DNA from: Acidobacteriota bacterium
Lineage (GTDB): Bacteria; Acidobacteriota; Vicinamibacteria; Vicinamibacterales; UBA2999
Length of the DNA: 64,000 nucleotides
Direction of reading: 5' to 3'
NCBI GenBank assembly: GCA_041178345.1
Contig: JBEGVQ010000167.1
Coordinates: 8,986-72,985, forward strand
Part shown: piece by piece, positions 58,824-64,000 of the stretch
Position numbering within the stretch: the first letter of the stretch is position 1
How the letters are laid out: the number at the start of each line of letters is the position of its first letter
The notes under the pieces: generated by a model
The model's database searches: none
Told to the model about the DNA's origin: nothing
The model's input: only the letters and a program-made list of their open reading frames with translations
Position numbers and translations under genes: made by a program

Positions 58824-59588
58824 CTAGCTAAACCAGAGCAGAATCGCGAACAGGATCACCGTCACGGTCACCACTTGCTGCAGCCATTTGTGGCCCTTCA
58901 GCACGGCCATGCGCACGCCGATTGCGGCGCCGCCCCAGTTGCCAACCGCCAGTGCCAGCCCGCGTGGCCAGTCCACTTGTCCGGCGCCGGCGAACACCAC
59001 CAGCGACAACACCGTCAGCAGCAGTACGCTCAACAGCTTGACCGCGTTGCCGCGGACCAGGTCCATGCCCGCCGCCGACGTGATGGCCAGGACCAGAAAA
59101 CCGACGCCGGCCTGGATGAACCCGCCGTAGAGGCCGACGGCGAAGAAGCCGAGGACGACGAACCAGTGCGTGGGGGGCTTGAGATCGGCCGCGGCCACGG
59201 GTTTGCGTCCCTGGCTGGCCAGCGACCAGATCGTGACGGCCACCATCGCGATCGACAGGATGCGGCGAAAGGCGAAGTCGGGCACGGCCAAGGCCGCCCA
59301 TACGCCCAGCGCGGCTCCGGCCAGGGCCGGGATGCTGGCCTTGAGCGCCCAGGGCCAATCGACCGCCCCGTGACGGTGGAAGCCAATGACGCCGCCCAGG
59401 TTCTGCGAGAGCACGCCGACGCGATTGGTGCCGTTGGCCAGCGAGGCCGGCAACCCAAAGAACAGCAACAGGGGCAGGGTCAGGAACGAACCGCCGCCCG
59501 CGATGACGTTGAGGGCGCCGGCGACGACGCCGGCCACGGCCAGCGCCACGAGTTCAAGCGAGTAAGGCACGCGCAGATCGTATAGCAT
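58824..59588 (-). CDS. TauE/SafE-family anion exporter
   Basis: 254 aa, about 8 TM. GGGSFLTLPLLLFFGLP... is typical of TauE. Confidence 0.8.
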   Translation of the reverse strand: MLYDLRVPYSLELVALAVAGVVAGALNVIAGGGSFLTLPLLLFFGLPASLANGTNRVGVLSQNLGGVIGFHRHGAVDWPWALKASIPALAGAALGVWAALAVPDFAFRRILSIAMVAVTIWSLASQGRKPVAAADLKPPTHWFVVLGFFAVGLYGGFIQAGVGFLVLAITSAAGMDLVRGNAVKLLSVLLLTVLSLVVFAGAGQVDWPRGLALAVGNWGGAAIGVRMAVLKGHKWLQQVVTVTVILFAILLWFS

Positions 59589-59601
59589 CCCCGATCACTC
59601 C

Positions 59602-60903
59602 ATGAGCCCCCTCCGTCGCGCGATCGGCTTGCCCGCGGCCACGGCCCTGGTCGTGGGCACGATCATCGGGTCGGCGATCTTCGTCCAGGCGTCCGAGATC
59701 ACCGCGCTCGTGCCGTCGCCGCCGGCCGTGGTGCTGGCGTGGGCCGTGGCCGGCGCGCTCACGTTGATCGGCGCGCTGGTGTGCGCCGAGCTGGCGTCGG
59801 CCTATCCGCGCACCGGCGGGGTGTACGTCTTCCTGAAGGAGATCTACTCGCCCGTGCTCGGCTTTCTGTGGGGCTGGGCGATGTTCTGGACCATGCACAG
59901 CGGCATTCTGGCCGCGATTGCGACGGTGTTTGCCCGTTACACGGGCTACTTTGTGCCGCTGGACGATGCCGCCACCCGCGGCGTGGCGATTGGCGCCATT
60001 CTCGTCCTGTCGGCCGTCAACTACCTGGGCGTGCGGTTCGGCAGCGGCCTGCAGTCGGCATTCACGGTGGTGAAAGTGGCGGCTGTGATGGCGATCATCG
60101 CCATTGGGTGGGCGCTCAGCGGGCCGCCGGCGGCCGAGGCGGCCGTGGCCCCGGCGGCGGCCGTGACCGCCGGCAACTTCATGCTGGCGGTCGGCGCCGG
60201 TTTGTTCGCCTTTGGTGGCTGGCACATGGTCACCTACACCGCCGAAGAAACCGTCAACCCGACGCGCACCATCCCGCGCTCGCTGCTGATTGGCGTGGTG
60301 GTGGTGACGCTCTGTTACATCGGCCTCAACGCCATCTACCTGCGCGTGCTGTCGGTGGACAAGGTGATCGCTTCGTCTCGCGTGGCGGCCGACACCTTTG
60401 ACGTGCTGATGGGGTCGGGCGGCGGGAGCGTGATCTCGGCGCTGGTCATGTTCAGCGCGTTTGGGGCGCTGAACGGGATCGTCATGGTCGGGCCGCGCGT
60501 GTATTACCAGATGTCGCAGGATGGCTTGTGGTTCAAGTGGGCCGGTCACCTGCATCCGCAGTTCCAGACGCCGGGCCGAGCCATCGTGCTGCAGGCGGTG
60601 TGGTCGTCGGCGCTGGTGCTCACCGGCACCTATCGCGCGTTGTTCACCCGCGTGATCTACACCGAGTGGATCTTCTTCGCGCTGCTGGCGCTCGGCGTGG
60701 TGCTGCTGCGGCGACGGCCGGGCTACCAGCCGGCGTGGCGCATGCCGCTCGTCCCGCTGGCGCCGGTCCTGTTCGTGCTGGCCTCGGCGGCGATCGTGTT
60801 CAACCAGGTGCGCGCCGATCTCACCAGCAGTGCCATCGGGTTGGCGATTGTCGCCTCTGGCATCCCCGCGTATTATCTGTGGACTCGCCGGGCAAGCCCG
60901 TGA
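59602..60903 (+). CDS. APC-family amino acid permease
   Basis: 433 aa, 12 TM. VVGTIIGSAIFV...AELASAYPRTGGVYVF. Confidence 0.85.
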   Translation: MSPLRRAIGLPAATALVVGTIIGSAIFVQASEITALVPSPPAVVLAWAVAGALTLIGALVCAELASAYPRTGGVYVFLKEIYSPVLGFLWGWAMFWTMHSGILAAIATVFARYTGYFVPLDDAATRGVAIGAILVLSAVNYLGVRFGSGLQSAFTVVKVAAVMAIIAIGWALSGPPAAEAAVAPAAAVTAGNFMLAVGAGLFAFGGWHMVTYTAEETVNPTRTIPRSLLIGVVVVTLCYIGLNAIYLRVLSVDKVIASSRVAADTFDVLMGSGGGSVISALVMFSAFGALNGIVMVGPRVYYQMSQDGLWFKWAGHLHPQFQTPGRAIVLQAVWSSALVLTGTYRALFTRVIYTEWIFFALLALGVVLLRRRPGYQPAWRMPLVPLAPVLFVLASAAIVFNQVRADLTSSAIGLAIVASGIPAYYLWTRRASP

Positions 60904-60932
60904 ACCCGTGAACCCGTGAACCTTTGAACCCG
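60893..60932. repeat. GTGAACCC octamer tandem tract bridging two genes (family F6)
   Basis: gcaagccc gtgaaccc gtgaaccc gtgaacct ttgaaccc. It carries the permease TGA and ends 2 nt before the next ATG. Confidence 0.9.
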
Positions 60933-60934
60933 TC

Positions 60935-61909
60935 ATGAAAATCGACTTCCACAACCACTACTACCCGCCGGAGTATCTGGCCGCGGTCAAGAAGGGCCCC
61001 ACGAAAGTCCGCATGGACTTCGACGCCGACGGCAACCCGCGCCTGCATTATCCGGGCGACTACAACATCCTGGTGCCGGGGCATCGTGACCTCGACTACC
61101 GCGAGGGCGTGCTGAAGAAACACGGCGTCGACAAGCAGGTGATCACGTTCACCACGCCGGGCACGCACTTCGAGGAGCCGGCGACCGCGGTCCAGATGGC
61201 CAGGCACGTGAACGATGCCTTTGCCGCCGCCGTCAAGCAGCGCCAGCACTTCCTGTCGCTTGCCACGTTGCCCTTGAACGACCCGGCGGCGTCGGTCATC
61301 GAGCTCGAGCGCGCCATGGCCACCCTTGGCCTGCCGGGCGCGATGGTCTTCAGCAACGTGAACGGCGTGGCGCTGGCCGACAAGGTCTACGAACCGCTCT
61401 GGCAGAAGGCCAACGACCTGAACGCGGTGATCTACATTCATCCGGCGCATCCGCTGGGGGTGGAGGCGATGGAGCAGTACTGGCTGATGCCGCTCGTGGG
61501 GTTCCTGATGGACACCACGCTGGCCGCCGCGCACCTGGTGTTCGCCGGCGTGCCGGAGCGGTACCCGAAGATCAAGTGGGTGCTGTGCCACATGGGCGGG
61601 GCGGTGCCGTACCTGGCGGAGCGGTTCGATCGCGGCTACGAGGCGTTCGCCGAATGCCGCGCCCACATCAGCCGCGCGCCGAGCACGTACTTGAAGCAGT
61701 TCTATTACGACACGGTCAATTTCGATCTCAATAACATCGAACTGGCCATCAAGTTCGCGGGGGCCGATCACATCCTGGCCGGTAGCGACTACCCGCACCA
61801 GATTGGCAGCATTCCGAAGATGTTGGACGCGATCAGCCGCTTGCCGATTTCGCCGGCCGAGCGCGAAGGCATCTACGGGCGCAACGCCACAAACCTACTG
61901 GGGGTCTGA
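60935..61909 (+). CDS. amidohydrolase-2 family (ACMSD-like decarboxylase/hydratase)
   Basis: MKIDFHNHYYPPEYL...IYIHPAHP...GSDYPH are metal-ligand motifs. Confidence 0.85.
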   Translation: MKIDFHNHYYPPEYLAAVKKGPTKVRMDFDADGNPRLHYPGDYNILVPGHRDLDYREGVLKKHGVDKQVITFTTPGTHFEEPATAVQMARHVNDAFAAAVKQRQHFLSLATLPLNDPAASVIELERAMATLGLPGAMVFSNVNGVALADKVYEPLWQKANDLNAVIYIHPAHPLGVEAMEQYWLMPLVGFLMDTTLAAAHLVFAGVPERYPKIKWVLCHMGGAVPYLAERFDRGYEAFAECRAHISRAPSTYLKQFYYDTVNFDLNNIELAIKFAGADHILAGSDYPHQIGSIPKMLDAISRLPISPAEREGIYGRNATNLLGV

Positions 61910-61942
61910 CCCCGAGCAAGAAGTTCCGAGGGGTCTGACCCC
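61901..61942. repeat. two copies of the palindrome GGGGTCTGACCCC, 29 nt apart
   Basis: Copy 1 (61901-61913) contains the amidohydrolase TGA. Copy 2 is at 61930-61942. The AGGAGAA SD and the ATG of the cupin gene follow. Confidence 0.9.
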
Positions 61943-61958
61943 CTCGCAGGAGAACCGC

Positions 61959-62345
61959 ATGAAGCTCAAAGTGATGGCAGGGATGACAGTAATCGGCGCG
62001 GTCTTTGCCGCCGGCGTCGTGGTGGGGCAGCAGGCGAACACGAGCCGCCGCGAACCGCAGTTCGAGAACAGCGAGCTCAAGGTGTGGAAGTCGATCATCA
62101 TGCCGAACCAGCCGCTCGCGCTGCATCGCCACGATCACGGCCGGGCCGCGGTCGTGCTCAAGGGCGGCGATCTCGACGTCGTCGACGCCAAGGGCGCGAC
62201 GCAGCAGACCTACAAGTGGGAGACCGGCAAGGCGTATTGGCTCGACGCCGATCCGGCCGGCACCCAGCACGGCGACATGAACCGCGGCCAGGAGCCGATC
62301 GAGGTGGTGATCGTCGAACTGAAGAACGACACGCCCAAAATGTAG
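61959..62345 (+). CDS. secreted cupin-like protein
   Basis: Signal MKLKVMAGMTVIGAVFAAGVVVG. LALHRHDHGRAAVVLKGG...HGD has a cupin-like His pattern. Confidence 0.6.
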   Translation: MKLKVMAGMTVIGAVFAAGVVVGQQANTSRREPQFENSELKVWKSIIMPNQPLALHRHDHGRAAVVLKGGDLDVVDAKGATQQTYKWETGKAYWLDADPAGTQHGDMNRGQEPIEVVIVELKNDTPKM

Positions 62346-62408
62346 CGTCCGGCGCTCGCGGTATACTTCGGCCATGCGAGCGCTGATTGTGGTCGAGCCG
62401 AAGAGGCC

Positions 62409-62885
62409 GTGAGCGTGTCGGAATTTCGGGTCGAGAAACGGCGCGAGGCGGCGGAGCTCACCCTGTCAACCGGGACGACGGTGAGCGGCCATTTTTTCCT
62501 GTCGGGATCGAGCCAGGGGCATGCCGGCCCCGAGCGGGTCGGCGACCTGCTCAACCTGGCCGCGGGCTTCTTCCCGTTCGAGGCGCCCAACGGGGAAACC
62601 TCGTTGATCAACCGCGCGCACGTCATCAAGGTGGTGCTGCCCGAGCACGTGATCGAGGCGCAGCTTGAAGATGGCTACGACGTCGCGACGCGGCGGCACG
62701 TCACGATCCTGCTGTCGAGCGGCGAGACGGTGACCGGCCAGGTGGCGGTGTACCGGCCGCCCGGCCGCGACCGGTTGAGCGACTACGCGCACATCGACGA
62801 TCGCTTTCGCTATGTCGAGCAGTCCGATCGCACGCTGTTGATTAATGCCTTGCACATCGTGTCGTTGCTCGAGGTGACCGAATAG
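62409..62885 (+). CDS. hypothetical protein built from two tandem ~65-aa beta-rich (Sm-like?) repeats
   Basis: Repeat 1 is LSTGTTVSGHFF...ERVGDLL...FFPFEAPNGETSLINRAHVIKVV. Repeat 2 is LSSGETVTGQVA...DRLSDYA...FRYVEQSDRTLLINALHIVSLLEV. Its stop overlaps the pilT GTG. Confidence 0.6.
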   Translation: MSVSEFRVEKRREAAELTLSTGTTVSGHFFLSGSSQGHAGPERVGDLLNLAAGFFPFEAPNGETSLINRAHVIKVVLPEHVIEAQLEDGYDVATRRHVTILLSSGETVTGQVAVYRPPGRDRLSDYAHIDDRFRYVEQSDRTLLINALHIVSLLEVTE

Positions 62886-64000
62886 TGGCCGCCGCCGTGG
62901 ACGACTTGTTGAAGAGCATGACCGAGACCGGGGCGCGCGGCTTGCGCCTGGCCGTCGGCAGCCCGGCGCGCATGCTTGACGCCAACGGCACGGCGCAGGA
63001 CGCGAGCACGGCCCCGCTCACCAGGCAGGAGATTCTCACGCTGCTCAGCCCGATCATCCCGGAACAGGCCCGGCGGCGGCTGCCGCAGGAATCGACCGTG
63101 GATTTCGATTACGTGTCGCCCGAGGCCGGGGCCTTCAAGGTGACCGTGCTGCGCAACGGCACCGAACTGGCGGTGAGCTTCGTGCCCGACAAGTCGGCGC
63201 CGGCCCCCGCCGTTGCGGCCGGAGGTGCGGCCTCGGCGCCGGTGGCTGCGCCGGTCGCGAAGCCGGTGATGCGTCCCGTGACCACCGCGGCGCCGGCCGG
63301 CGGCGGCAACGCGATCGATGCACTGTTCCGGTTGATGGTCGAGTCGAAGTCATCGGATCTGCACCTGTCGTCGGCCATGCCGCCGCTCATCCGCAAGGAC
63401 GGCCACATGCAGCCGCTCGACGCCAGCCTCGGTGCGATGTCGCCCGAGGAGGTCATGGCGCTGCTGCACCCGATCATGCCGGTGCCCAATCGCGAGGAGT
63501 TCGAGACCCGCCACGACACCGACTTTGCCTACGAGATCACGGGCCTGGCCCGGTTCCGAGCCAACATGTTCCTCGATCGCAAGGGGCCGGGCGCGGTGTT
63601 TCGCGTGATTCCGGCGCAGATCCTGACGGCCGAGCAACTCGGGCTGTCGCCGCACATCCTGCAGCTGTGCCGGCTGACCAAGGGCCTGGTGCTCGTGACC
63701 GGTCCGACCGGTTCGGGCAAGTCGACCACGCTCTGCGCGATGATCGACTACATCAACAAGACGCGGACCGATCACATCATCACCATCGAGGATCCGATCG
63801 AGTTCGTGCACGAGAACCAGCGCTGCCTGATCAACCAGCGCGAGGTCGGCACGCACACCGGCGGCTTCAAGAACGCGCTGCGCGCCGCGATGCGCGAGGA
63901 CCCCGACATCATCCTGGTGGGCGAGTTGCGCGACCTCGAGACGGTGGCCATTGCCATCGAGACGGCCGAGACCGGCCACCTGGTGTTCGGCACGCTGCAC
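62885..64000 (+). CDS. pilT: PilT-family type IV pilus retraction ATPase with extra N-terminal domain, 3' partial
   Basis: Hand translation is open to the window end. ...SSDLHLSSAMPPLIRKDG...GLVLVTGPTGSGKSTT (Walker A)...IITIEDPIEFVH...DPDIILVGELRD (Walker B)...ETGHLVFGTLH. It is not in the ORF track because no stop lies in the window. The start may be 62885, 62897 or 62918. Confidence 0.9.
   Translation, partial: MAAAVDDLLKSMTETGARGLRLAVGSPARMLDANGTAQDASTAPLTRQEILTLLSPIIPEQARRRLPQESTVDFDYVSPEAGAFKVTVLRNGTELAVSFVPDKSAPAPAVAAGGAASAPVAAPVAKPVMRPVTTAAPAGGGNAIDALFRLMVESKSSDLHLSSAMPPLIRKDGHMQPLDASLGAMSPEEVMALLHPIMPVPNREEFETRHDTDFAYEITGLARFRANMFLDRKGPGAVFRVIPAQILTAEQLGLSPHILQLCRLTKGLVLVTGPTGSGKSTTLCAMIDYINKTRTDHIITIEDPIEFVHENQRCLINQREVGTHTGGFKNALRAAMREDPDIILVGELRDLETVAIAIETAETGHLVFGTLH

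Noticed and set aside
59554-61798. 466-aa (59554..60954) and 325-aa (60821..61798) minus-strand ORFs
   Set aside because: They are antisense to the APC permease and amidohydrolase genes, respectively.
63350-64000. 216-aa minus-strand ORF at the window end
   Set aside because: It is antisense to the open-ended pilT reading frame, which contains Walker A and B and PilT signature motifs.

Overview
High-GC bacterial chromosomal segment. An ADOP-type permease remnant and a TonB-receptor-like C-terminus suggest Acidobacteriota, but that is inference only. I call about 58 protein genes, one initiator tRNA and one clear pseudogene. There is no rRNA, CRISPR, transposase or integrase. Most genes are ordinary metabolism and envelope functions: amidase, MFS, SulP, msrPQ, iorAB-like Mo-oxidoreductase, hutUH, purA, ppk1, rnc, cutA, osmC, ftsB, a partial pilT and two csp genes. 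Five things stand out. (1) An imuA-imuB-dnaE2 mutagenesis cassette has a strong promoter and a palindromic operator. Its coding sequences carry in-frame short-period tandem repeats and palindromic insertions, plus a zinc-ribbon insert in DnaE2. (2) A thioester alpha-2-macroglobulin operon has a non-canonical partner set: a DUF1175/NlpC-P60-like protein, a 6-TM protein and a degenerate kinase, with no pbpC. It converges on item 3. (3) A SET-domain methyltransferase is translationally coupled to a PBP-transpeptidase/SpoIID/MA-peptidase fusion. (4) Several families of 7-, 8- and 9-bp tandem repeats occur at gene boundaries and inside CDSs, sometimes supplying stop codons, a signal peptide or C-terminal tails. 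(5) Two paralogous pairs of micro-ORFs encode tiny membrane proteins; the 49-aa members fall below the ORF-track cutoff. Many long ORFs in the track are off-frame or antisense shadows typical of GC-rich DNA and were rejected. All family assignments come from motifs read by eye, not database searches.
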